Source: Candidatus Omnitrophota bacterium
Lineage (GTDB): Bacteria; Omnitrophota; Omnitrophia; Omnitrophales; Aquincolibacteriaceae
Assembly: GCA_035352955.1 (NCBI GenBank)
Contig: DAOPYQ010000003.1
Coordinates: forward strand, 76,901 to 140,900
Reading direction: 5' to 3'
Length of the DNA stretch: 64,000 nucleotides
Shown here: positions 18,893-29,700 of the stretch, piece after piece
Layout: the number at the start of each line of letters is the position of its first letter
Numbering within the stretch: position 1 is the stretch's first letter
Made by a program: the position numbers and the translations under genes
Notes under the pieces: model-generated
Databases searched by the model: none
The model's input: the letters and a program-made list of their open reading frames with translations, nothing else
What the model was told of the DNA's origin: nothing

Positions 18893-19885
18893 TTAATTTG
18901 CCGACCCCGGCATCATTTCTTTCTCGGCGGAAGCCTGTTCCTTCAGCCCGCCGCAGAAGGCGTACACAACCCCCGCGCCGACGCTGAACGAATAGATCAG
19001 GATGTCCATCAGAAGCGTCAGGGCTAGCGCCCGCTCCGCCGGCAAATAGCGGCTAAAAAGGTAAAGGACACTCGCTTCGCGCACGCCAAGTCCGCCGATG
19101 GACGGAGCCATACTAACGATGCTGATGACGGGTATCAAGATAAAAAATTTCCAGAAGTTGATATCGACACCAAGACTGACCGCGATCAGGTAGTTCACGG
19201 CGATAAAAACCGCTTGCCCGACGAACGACAGCAGGATCGCGACCAGGACCGGCCCCCGGTGGTGCCGGTAACCGTAGATCGCATGATAAACCTCCGCAAG
19301 ACGATGTTTCAGCTTCTCGCTCGGGACCAAAATTTTGAGCCCCTTGAACAGACGGGCGAAACGTTTGCTGGCAAAGAACACGACGAAAAAACCGAGCACG
19401 ACACAGGCCCCGTAAACCGCATATTCGATATAAGGGTTCGAGGCCTCCTTACTAAAATACATCATCCCGAAGACAGCCATCGAGATCGTCGCGAGGAACC
19501 CCAGTAACCGGTCCAGAAGGATCGAGGTCGCGGATTCGATCTTCTTCCCGGAATGCTTATAAGCGTAATAGGCCCGGACCACGTCCCCGCCAAGCGCTGA
19601 CGGTAAGAACAGGTTATAAAAAAGCCCCACAAAGGTGAGGTAATAGCATTCCCCAAACTTCATCCGGATCTCCTGGACGCGGAAAACCCACTGGATACGC
19701 TCCGAGACAATGGCCAGACCGATGAAATATCCGACCACGGCAAAGCCGAACCACTCCCAACGGACCTCGCTCTTGAGGATCCCGAGGGATTCGTGAAGCT
19801 TGTCTCGCATAAGAAAAATCACGAGGCCGAGAACGGCGAAACTGATAAAAAAACGGAGGATCTTGCCCCGGAGACCGTTCTTCAT
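18893..19885 (-). CDS. UPF0104/LPG-synthase-TM (flippase-like) family integral membrane protein. The ORF extends to 19975; the likely start is M31.
   Basis: About 8 predicted TM helices. The GGDVVRAYY motif is typical of the TIGR00374 family. The shorter start avoids overlap with the DUF1844 gene. Confidence 0.6.
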   Translation of the reverse strand: MKNGLRGKILRFFISFAVLGLVIFLMRDKLHESLGILKSEVRWEWFGFAVVGYFIGLAIVSERIQWVFRVQEIRMKFGECYYLTFVGLFYNLFLPSALGGDVVRAYYAYKHSGKKIESATSILLDRLLGFLATISMAVFGMMYFSKEASNPYIEYAVYGACVVLGFFVVFFASKRFARLFKGLKILVPSEKLKHRLAEVYHAIYGYRHHRGPVLVAILLSFVGQAVFIAVNYLIAVSLGVDINFWKFFILIPVISIVSMAPSIGGLGVREASVLYLFSRYLPAERALALTLLMDILIYSFSVGAGVVYAFCGGLKEQASAEKEMMPGSAN

Positions 19886-19904
19886 GAGAGAAAGGAAGCG
19901 CCGG

Positions 19905-20273
19905 TCATACGCTCTGGGAAAACTTGATCTGGAGTTGGCTAACGAGGGTTTCAAGCATTTTCTTTTCGTCGTCACTCAGGTTGCCCTGGGTCTTTTCACG
20001 AAGCGCAACCAGGATATCGATCGCTTCCTTCGCTCCTTCGGGATTGAGCTCGGTCTGCTGGGTCATGGGATTGGGAATGTCCCCGAGGTTCATCAGGGCC
20101 TGGTAGCCGAGGGACTGGACCAGGGAAAGAAAGGCCTTGGAAATCGAGGCCGGGGCTTTGGATTTCTCCGCGGGAGGGACAGGTGCGGCCTTAGCCTTGA
20201 CGTTTTCGACCTGCTCTTTCCAGCTGTCGTCGACCTTCTTTTCCGTAAACCGGATATCTTTATTCTTTTCCAT
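19905..20273 (-). CDS. DUF1844 family protein. The ORF extends to 20303.
   Basis: FLSLVQSLGYQALMNLG...IDILVALREKTQGNL matches the DUF1844 pattern as remembered from Pfam. This is from memory and was not searched. Confidence 0.6.
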   Translation of the reverse strand: MEKNKDIRFTEKKVDDSWKEQVENVKAKAAPVPPAEKSKAPASISKAFLSLVQSLGYQALMNLGDIPNPMTQQTELNPEGAKEAIDILVALREKTQGNLSDDEKKMLETLVSQLQIKFSQSV

Positions 20274-20452
20274 GACCCCTACGCTTCCGTTTGACCGGTC
20301 CAACCCCCTGGGTTAGACGACTCATTTCGCGCCATTGTAACCGATTTCCTATAAACCTTTCAACCTTTCACAACTTTTCCGTCTAAAACCCACTTCGGAG
20401 ACCCGGTCTCCGAGGCGGTGGGTACGCCGTTCGAAAAAAAACGCCCACGGAT

Positions 20453-20536
20453 AAAAAAAAAGAGGTTCGTGACCGAGTGGGGATCTTTGTGGCCACGAAC
20501 CTCTGCAGGTGAGTCGAGACCCGTAAGTCTCGCAAT
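20453..20536 (-). ncRNA. Candidate small RNA (about 84 nt) bounded by its own promoter and an intrinsic terminator
   Basis: Minus-strand -35 TTGACA (20571..20566), 17-nt spacer, and -10 TATAGT (20548..20543). The predicted transcript contains hairpin GAGAC-UUACGGG-GUCUC. It ends in a 10-bp stem GAGGTTCGTG/CACGAACCTC (20462..20503) followed by a T9 run (20453..20461). Confidence 0.35.
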
Positions 20537-20542
20537 GAAGAT

Positions 20543-20571
20543 ACTATACTCCCAAAATTCCGGACTGTCAA
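20543..20571 (-). promoter_or_regulatory. Near-consensus sigma70 promoter (TTGACA-N17-TATAGT) on the minus strand
   Basis: The hexamers and spacing were read directly from the sequence. Confidence 0.45.
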
Positions 20572-20654
20572 CGGCGCGGCCCGCCTTCTCACCCCATATT
20601 TTCATTGCAAAAACCCCAAGTAAAACCCGGCCTTGCTAGAATGACGGGCAGGAA

Positions 20655-20702
20655 AATAAAAAAAAAAAGAAGGGGCACGGTTTTCCCATATCCCCTTCTT
20701 TG
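20655..20702 (-). terminator. Intrinsic terminator of the giant gene
   Basis: Stem AGAAGGGG/CCCCTTCT (20668..20702) followed on the minus strand by a T run of 13 or more (A13 on plus, 20656..20668). It lies 30 nt after the giant ORF stop. Confidence 0.7.
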
Positions 20703-20733
20703 GTAAAGCCTTACGCCGCGATCGCAACCGGCT

Positions 20734-23700
20734 TTAAGCGGCCGACGCGATCCTCTGGAACGCTTCGAACAGCACCTGCATGTTCTGCAGCATGCCATCG
20801 ATACTCTTCTTCGTGATCGCCAAACCCGAGGCGCCTTCTTTTTCAAAACCCGGCATTTTCAACAAAAGATCGGCCATCTGCTCCGGCGTCATTCCGCTCA
20901 GATTCCAGATCTTCTGGGCGCCGCGCATAGCCACACGACCCACCGCAGCCTGCGAAACGGCCCCCTGAACATTGTCCGCTTCGCGAACCACCACCCCGGT
21001 GACAAAGCTAAGATTCAGAAAGCTCAGAGCATTCGCCGTACCGGTCAAGACATACCCTTTCCCTTTAACCAGGGCCAGGAACTCCGCTGCCTTGGAATTA
21101 AAATCGTGCGCTTGAGGATCAAAAACCCTGATATCCACCTGGCTGATGAACGCCGGCCGGTGGATCTTATTGGCCCACGCCGCAAAATCCAGGAGAACCT
21201 GACGCACCGCGGCAGCATCGATCCCCGAGCCCAGCACCATCGTATCAAACCGCATATTGGGGTTCAGAAGCAGATTAAACTTCAAGAGAGCCAGAAACAC
21301 CTTCGGGTCCTTGAAGCCTTCGATCACTTTCACCAGACGGCCCGCATCCCCGCTGATCGGCAGAGGCATATTCGGCACCGCATTCTGCAACTGCTCCGTC
21401 AGACCCGTAATGGTCCGCTCATCGACAAGCAATGAGATCGCGATGATCACCGGCGCGAGAGCTTCCATATTGTCGCGTGCAATCCCCTCCGTCAGCGCCA
21501 CCGCCACCTTAAGCGCCGGCGTTTTGAGCTCAGATTCCGGGATCCCCATCGCCTTCAGCGCTTCCCGTGTCGTCTCCATCGCCGTCCGGACCTGCTGCTT
21601 TGTAAAATTCTGTTCGACCCACTTGGCTACGGCAAGCTGCCTTTCGGAAACAGAAACGTCCCGGCGTTCGGCGCGCCCGGCTTCGGCGGCCTTGACCTTT
21701 GCAGCCTCCTCGAGACGCTCAGCCTTAGCCTTCGCCGCGAGAGCGAGAGCGATCGCCCGCATCTCATCAAAAGTCGCGCCCCGGTCGATCGCCGTCTTGA
21801 TCGCCACACGCCCGGCGCCCTCAATTTCAGCCAGCGACACCACCGCCGAAAGCAAGAGAACCTCCCGCTCATCCGACGTGGTCGCCTTGTCCGTAATAAT
21901 GTCGCGAAGCGAACGGAAACCAACGATTTCCCGGCCCTCGGCATCGCGGGCGGGAGCATCAAAACTATTAAAGAAATCCGTGTACTTCTGATATCGAGTG
22001 TCCGTCTGTCCCAGAATGAGCCCGGCCGCATCGGGCTTGGCATCCGCGGGAATCTTCAACACGTTCCAGAAGGCGTGACTGACCTGGTGCTTGGATTTTG
22101 CAGCCGCATTCCACACCTTGAAGTCCGCGATGTTATTGTTGTCCTCAAGCGCCAGACCCGGCACCTCGCGGCTCAGAATCTCAAGAGCTTTGTCCGAGGT
22201 CATTTCCAATTTCCCGGCGCGCGGCGACAAAGCCGTACGAACGGACGGCGCTTCGATCCTAGTGACAGCCTCCTCGCTCAGAACCCACTCCTGGGGAAAC
22301 GTATTGATCCCGGAAGTCAATTTTGTGAGATCCAGATCCTTCGGGATCATGACATTCTGCGGCGCGATCCCCCGCACCAGGTGGCGGATGTAAAGATTTC
22401 CTTCAAACGCGAACACCGCAACCACAAAATTCGCATCCAGAACAAACTGCGGATCGTTCGAGCTGACCCGGATCTCCACTTTTTTCTTGTCACCGCTCAA
22501 GCGCACATTGATACGGCTCGGAACACCTTCCAGGTCCGTCCTCGCGGCATTCACGGAAGTTTCGAGAGCCGTCGCCTCCAGTACTTCGGACTGGATCGCC
22601 AACGCCTGCTCCTTCGTGTATGTTTTGAGGCTCCGGATAAGCTCCTGAAGCTCGGTTTTCGTAGCACCTTCGGGGAACCCATACGTTTCAACGATCGTCT
22701 CCAACGTCCGCACAAGCTCCGGCCTTGAATTTTTCATGAAATACGCATTCTCAAACGCACGCACTCTCAAACCCAAATTGGTATCTTGCGGCGTGAACGA
22801 CCGCTGTCTTATAATGGAAGTCAAACGGAAAGCCTCGTCCAATTCGTTCAACGTCATCTCCCGCTTCTCTGCGCGGAGGGTGGAAAGGGCCAGCGACGAA
22901 AACAACCGGAAAGCCTCGTCGGCGCGGGCCTGATCCTCCGGAGCAACGGTAAAGAGTTTCGTTTTGATCGATCTCAGGGTCATGGAGGTATCATCCCCAT
23001 CGTCGTACTTTTGTTTCGCCATCTGGATGATCCCGACGAGGTCCATCGTCGTGATCCCCCGAGCCACACTCTCAGCTTCCGTCAAAGCGCTCAGGATCTG
23101 CGGAGGATCGATCACCCTTGAAAGATCCGAAGCCGTCAAGATGGGCTCTTCCTGTCCGACAACCGTTGGCGTCCTCTGAGCCGCAGTAGAAACCCTGATC
23201 GCTGAAGCCAGCGGCGGCACATTCGCCGCCATGGGAACATCCCGCTTCTCACTGTTGGCGCGAAGTTCCTTCGAAACAGCGGCCTTCGCGGCTTCCGAGA
23301 ATTTCCCGGTAAAAAACGGATTCAATTCCGCGAAAGTATCGCGACTGACCGAGGGCCTCCGGGCCTTCCGGTACAATTGCCACGCGCCATAGATCGCCTT
23401 AACCAACGATTCGTTGCCGGTGGCACTCTGGGTAGCCGCCCAAAACGCGGCATCGATCTCTCTGTCCGTTAAAGTCCCCTGTTGAACAACCTGCAGCGCT
23501 GTCCAATTCACCGTGGGGTCACCCTCCTCCGTCAGACCACGCTTCTCCGCGCGGATTTCTTTGCGCGACGCGGCATCGAGCATGGGACGAAGCCCGTCCA
23601 AATAGTGTTTCACGGCCGCATTGTAGGCCTTGGCTTTGAAAACGCTTGTATTGGCATAAAGATCCTTAACCGTTTTAAGAGCATCCCGGTCCAGCGGCGT

Positions 23701-26700
23701 GTCCACCGGTGTCGCGCTATCAAGTCCGACGCCTCCGTTCCGTCCTTTCCCCAAATCCGCGGCCTCGCTCCGCACCGCAGCGCCGCCGGCGTTAAACCGG
23801 TAGAAAGAGATCAGATCATCGAACAGCGCCATCCATTTTTCGGCACGCACAGCCTGCGAATTCTTGGGATCCAAGGCTCCCGCAAGAAGATCTTCCAAAA
23901 CAACGTGCTTGCGCGCGCGAACGATCTTGACAAGATCCTCAACCGTTTTCGGGGCTTCGACCAGCGCCCCAGCCGTCACAACGGTCCCCGTGGGAGTCAC
24001 GACCATCCCGGCCGTCGCAGCAACCGGAACCGACGTCATGAGCAGACCCGCAGCCGCCAGTTCCTGGATTCCGAGCCGCTTTTCCGCCCGGGTGATGTCC
24101 ACGATCTCGTTAGAACCAAGTAAAACCACCATCACACGGCCTGTTACCTGCCGGACCTCGGTACTGTTCGCGTTCAAGCCGGGCATGTGCTCGTCCCAAA
24201 GTTGACGCAAGATCGGAAAGACAATCCGCGAATTGACCGCGTAGAAATCAAGCCCTTTGAATGCGCCGACACCTTTACGCGCAACGATGGCATTCGCAAG
24301 CGCTTCGATCAGCCGGTCCTGCTCATCAGCGGCAGTAGCCAGACGCAATCTCGTCGCTAAATCAATGACCTCGGGCGCTGTGCTTAAGAATTCTATAGCT
24401 TCCAGATTTATTCCCTTCACCTCCGAGCGGGCGGGAGGACGGACCCCGAGCCGCTTTTCCGCCCGGGTGATGTCCGCGATCTCGTTAGAACCAAGTTTGA
24501 TCCGGTGAGTCACGGGACTCATGGCCCGGTTAATGACGACCCTGTAGGAAACTCCCGTCTTCAATTGTCCTTTGAGGAGCTCCTGCCAACGGAAAGTCCG
24601 ATCATCGAAAACAATCGTCGGCCCATCCGTCGTAACATGCACCGTCATCCCGATCCCCTTTGACGCATTCTTTTCCAAACGTCCCGCCAGGAAAGGAACA
24701 ACCTGGTCGGCGGAAAGTACTTCAGTCGCCAACTGGCGCGCGGCAACGACAACGTCGCGATTAGCCTCAACATGGGCAGTCTCGATCTTCCGCGCCAGAT
24801 CCTCTTTCTGAAGATCGTCGTAGAATTCGGCTCCCAACACGCCCTGCGAAATCTCCGCCGCGGAATAGCCCTTCGAATCGGACTGTTTGATCAGCTCGAT
24901 CTGCGCCGCATTCAAGCCGAAACTCTCAAGGCCCTCGGCCAACCTCGCCATAAGCTCGAAATTAACACCTCGCAGCGTCAGCGCAAGCTGCAACGTCTCA
25001 CGCTGGATCGCCAACGCGAGCCGCTGTCTCGCGCTTTTGATCCGGCCTTTAACAAGATCCCGGTCGATCGACAGGAAATCCTCGGCAAGCTCCGCGGTGG
25101 ACGCACGGTCCAACTCACTGAGCCTCTTAAACTGCGGAACCGCGCCCGTCCAGAGACGCAGCTGCAATTCGATACGTTCGGGGCTGGTTGTGAGCCACCG
25201 TTTAAGAGACTCACTCTGCTTCGGAAAAAGCGTCACAAAAGATTCGGCCAGATCCCTGAAAAGTCCGGTAAAGAGCATCGCCAAAGGTAAAAACAAAGCG
25301 ATCCCCCCCACCGCCAACGCGTACACCGGGATCCCGAGAGATGCATTAGCGAACGCCACCGCCGCCGCCACAGACACTCCGGCACTCAGGGCGAGACTCC
25401 CCCCGCGGATAACCTGCATAGTCTTTTCAGAAAGCGGTGACACCGAAGGCTCTTCGAGGGAAGATTGGTAGACCGCTGACCAGACGAACTTGAGGACTGC
25501 GCGGATCACGGTCGTAGAACCGGCCGCGATCAGCAAAAACACTGCGATAGTCGGCAGAACCGCCAGCGTACCGACTGCTGCTGCCAATGCCTGCAGAAAG
25601 AAAAACGCCGGGATCAACGCCAGCATCCAGCTGGCCGTTTCCAGGCTTCCACGAATCCCGGCTTCCCTGTCCTCACGGGCCTGTTCGGCTTGCATCGCTA
25701 CGGACATCGCCGGATTGAGCGCCGCGTTTGCGAGATTCACCTGACGGCGTTCCGCGACACGCGCGGCTTCTCCCGAGACGTAATAAGAGATCTGGTCATA
25801 AATAACCGCAAGCGACGGGATCGCAAGTGTCGCCGCGACGATCAGGGGCATGATAAAAATCCCGGTCACCCCGGCCAACACTCCGCTGATGAACGGATAC
25901 ACAAGACCGGCGATCGACGTCGCTCCGGCGGCGATATTCGCGCCCAGGGACGTTCCGATCGTCATAAAATCCTTTTTCTCGCCGCGCTTTTCCGCGCGGA
26001 TAGAAAAAGCAAAAGCATTGAAAGCTCTTTCAGCGACCGCAACGGTGATCCTGCCATCATCATCCACCTGCGGGGCGAAAAGAAGCTCCCACAAACGCGT
26101 CAGATCCGGATTAGCAGACATCTTCGGGATTTTCCCTGTCGCCCGCACCATGACCCCCTGACGTTGATGATAAGCCTCCCAGGCCGCCTGGAGGACATTC
26201 CAAACATTTTTGTCGCGTTCCACCGCCTGAGTAAGAACAGCCCTATGAAAAGCCGACTCGATCTCCACCGGGGTCGGCTTAAAATCCATCCCCATCGGAT
26301 CCTTGGCATACGCCTCAACAACCCGGGCAAAGGTTTCTTCGAGAATAGCCGCGTCCTTGATCCTTTTAGGGTCAAAACACTGCGTCTTAAGCGTCGCCAG
26401 GTCCATGTTGGCGGGCGTTCCCAGGCGCTTTTGTTCCTCTAGCCATTTGGAGTACTGTCCCATGGCTGAATCAAGAGCATCCTGGATCTTAGAGATCTTT
26501 ATTTTCTCAGGGGACTCCTCGGCCGCGTTCCGGAACGATGAGCTTTCAATTTCGGCGGCCAATTGGACCCTTTCAAAAGCCCTCCGGATCTGGAAAGATT
26601 CCAGATCCGCCCGCAGGTCCGCGCCGCGTCTTTCCGAGCGCAGACTGGACACGAACAGATCATAGGCCTCATCCACATCCGCCTGCGTGATCCGGGGTTC

Positions 26701-29700
26701 CGCGGTTTTGGGTTGACGGCCCGTCTGTTCGGTAAAAAACGACTTCATGCCGGACAACGTTAAGGCGGCTATTTTCTTGTAAGCTTCCGCTTGTCCCCGG
26801 GCAAGTGTCACCTCTTTGTTGTAAGCCTCCCAAGCCTGTTCGAGAACATTCAACGCGGAACCCGTCGCAAGGGCTGACGCCCGGTTAAAAGCGAACCACG
26901 CCCGAAGACCATTCACCGGCGTTTGCGGATTTACTCCGGTCGTTTCTTCGGCGCGTTTTTCCTGGCGCGACGCAGGCAGGCTCAATGGCTTGAGGATCCA
27001 AAGAACGCCGGCCACAGTGATGGTCGCGTTGGAAGTCGCTGTGGTGGCCCGGAGAATTATCGGCGTTTTGCGGTGACGAACCTCCATAAGAACGGCGTTA
27101 ACGCCCTGGAATTCCTCGTCGGTTAAAAACCGTCCGAGGCTCCCGCCTTTTTTACCATCCTCATATTGAACCACCGGATATTTCGCAAGGACCGCTTCAA
27201 GACGGCTCTGTTCCGCAACATTGTTGGTTTGCTGGGCCTGCGTAAGGGCTTCGGCGATCTGACCGATCTGGACCCGGACCTGGTCGGCGTCGACCTGGAG
27301 GAACTTCGCAAGATCCGCGACCTGCTTCTCGGTAAATACTATCTTCTGCTCCCCGGCAAGCTGCGTCGCCCGTTTTTCTTGGCGTCCGGCAAGTGTCACC
27401 GGGACGGAAAAAAGCGGCCGTATCTCGATCGCATTGTCCTTCATACTCACCGAATATGTTTTTTCCATCGTCTCGGGAATCGAGTCGGGAAGATCCATCT
27501 GAAGCTTGAACTGCGCCAATTCCCCGAGATTTAAACTGTTTTTCGTCAACATCTGATCGTCCCCGGAATAGTTCCCCTCAAAAATGGGGTCTTTTCCGAC
27601 GAGATCGCTGTCCCCGAATCCGAAGATCCGGAGGGCCACGGAAGTCCTGCGGCCTTTATTTCCACGCGCGGTCAGCGTCCAAAGAGTATTCACCACGCGC
27701 GGAATGTTCTCCAATTGCGTTCCGCGGAGCTCCTTGCGGCCAGCGGCATTGAGAAACCCATTCGTCCCGCCAATGATCCCGGCAAAAAGTGTCGGAGAAT
27801 TGAGAAAAGCATTTGTCATGATCGTGTAGCTCGGCGTTTGGGGAGTCGCCTGAAAACCCCGGCTCACGACCGCCCAACCATTCGTATCGGTCAACCGATT
27901 GTTCGCGACAATATAAAAAACCATGTTGGTAATGTCCGAGGAAGTCCCCATCGTCCAACCCGCGAGAACCCCAGTGGGGGTTTTCTCAAGAAAATTCATG
28001 CGAGGAGAAGCCTCAGTGGTCTCGCCTTTACCAAACGAAACAAGTTGCGTCCCCACAGGCACTTCATTTGTTGTAAAAGCACCCGCCACACTCGCTATCG
28101 AGAGAGCAAAGATCAACCCAAGTGCGCGCCACATAGCCGGCAACATTTTCAAATTAACGGGCCCGCGTTCTGACGGCGTTCCGCGGAGCTCCTTGCGGCC
28201 AGCGGCATTGAGAAACCCATTCGTCCCGCCAATGATCCCGGCAAAAAGTGTCGGAGAATTGAGAAAAGCATTTGTCATGATCGTGTAGCTCGGCGTTTGG
28301 GGAGTCGCCTGAAAACCCCGGCTCACGACCGCCCAACCATTCGTATCGGTCAACCGATTGTTCGCGACAATATAAAAAACCATGTTGGTAATGTCCGAGG
28401 AAGTCCCCATCGTCCAACCCGCGAGAACCCCAGTGGGGGTTTTCTCAAGAAAATTCATGCGAGGAGAAGCCTCAGTGGTCTCGCCTTTACCAAACGAAAC
28501 AAGTTGCGTCCCCACAGGCACTTCATTCGTCGTGAAAGCTCTCGCCGAGAGCACTGCCCCAAACGCGAGAGACACGGCCAGCAAAATCGATTGTAATCCC
28601 CGGGAAATATAGATCGGCGATTTCACAACGGGCGCCGTTTCCTCAACGCCGAGGCCAAGCGCTGTAAAAAAGTTCATACCCAACCTGACCCCCAGCGCGC
28701 TAAGCGACCTCATCAGAGTGACATCCGTAAGCACCGGCATCACGGCCAAAAAGTCCCGGATCTCCTGCGTCAAACCCGGTTCGAGCGGACGTGTCGCGAT
28801 AATGTTATTCAACTCGGCAGCGATCTTTTCTTCCTTCTGGGCCCGCGTCATGCGCTTTTCCGCGCGGGTGTACGTGACCAGGATCGCCGGATTCCCAAAC
28901 CTGGAAGGACGGATTTGCACAACAAACGGCCCCTTACCGTTAACAGCCGCTAAAGCGTTCGTCAGGCTTTCCGGACCGGAATAATTGACCGGTTGCTCCG
29001 CCGTATCGCCGCCCATGATGAGAAAAACTCTTGCGGAAGGATTCAGTTCGACAAGACGGGCCACGGCTTCACGGACCCCGTCCAGATTGTCCACCTGCTT
29101 GGGTCCACGATAGTCCCGCCCGTCGATCACAGCGTCCACCTCGCCCCTCTTTTCCGCGCGGGGAGTACCCACGTCCCGATCGTCTTGAATCACGCCACCC
29201 GCAACCGGACCCATTTTTAGTAGATTCATATCCCCCGTAGGAATTTCCGGGGATTTCATCCGCGTGGCGGGTCCGTCCGGAAAGATACTTTTGGAAAGAC
29301 TCGCTCTCTCGTTCCTGTTGCGGATCCAGCGGGCGGCCGAAACCGCTCCGGCGACAACCCCCACGCCAAGGATCACGGCGAGAGACACGCCGGTCGTAAG
29401 AAAAGCCAGTCCTGCCGCCGCCAACGCGATCGCGACGCCGCCGAGAACAATGCTGTCTTTCCAGGCAGGCTGAAAATAAACCATCGAAATTTTGGAGAAA
29501 TCGAACTTCCCCGACGTGAGATCAGGGATCTTCCACTCGGCCAGCATTCTCTTGGCCAGTGTTTCCCTTTCATTAATACTAAAAAGCCTGTCTTGTAGCA
29601 AATGGTGTGCGAAGTTCGTCCTCTCGTCCTGCAGCAGCCACGGACTTTGGGCGGTCTGGGGAAGCTCCCGCTTTTGGTCCTCAGACTTCCCGCCGTTAAT

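Noticed and set aside
20304-20733. Known structured RNA (RNase P, SRP, tmRNA, 6S) in the large gap downstream of the giant gene
   Set aside because: No RNase P CR-I/CR-V motifs were found. There is no SRP domain IV or tmRNA tRNA-like end. The region is better explained as terminator, promoter, short sRNA candidate and terminator.
27717-28527. Mobile element or IS as the explanation for the perfect repeat in the giant gene
   Set aside because: The repeat is in frame with the host ORF. It encodes a continuous protein module with no transposase, inverted repeats or target-site duplication. It is a tandem segmental duplication, not an insertion sequence.
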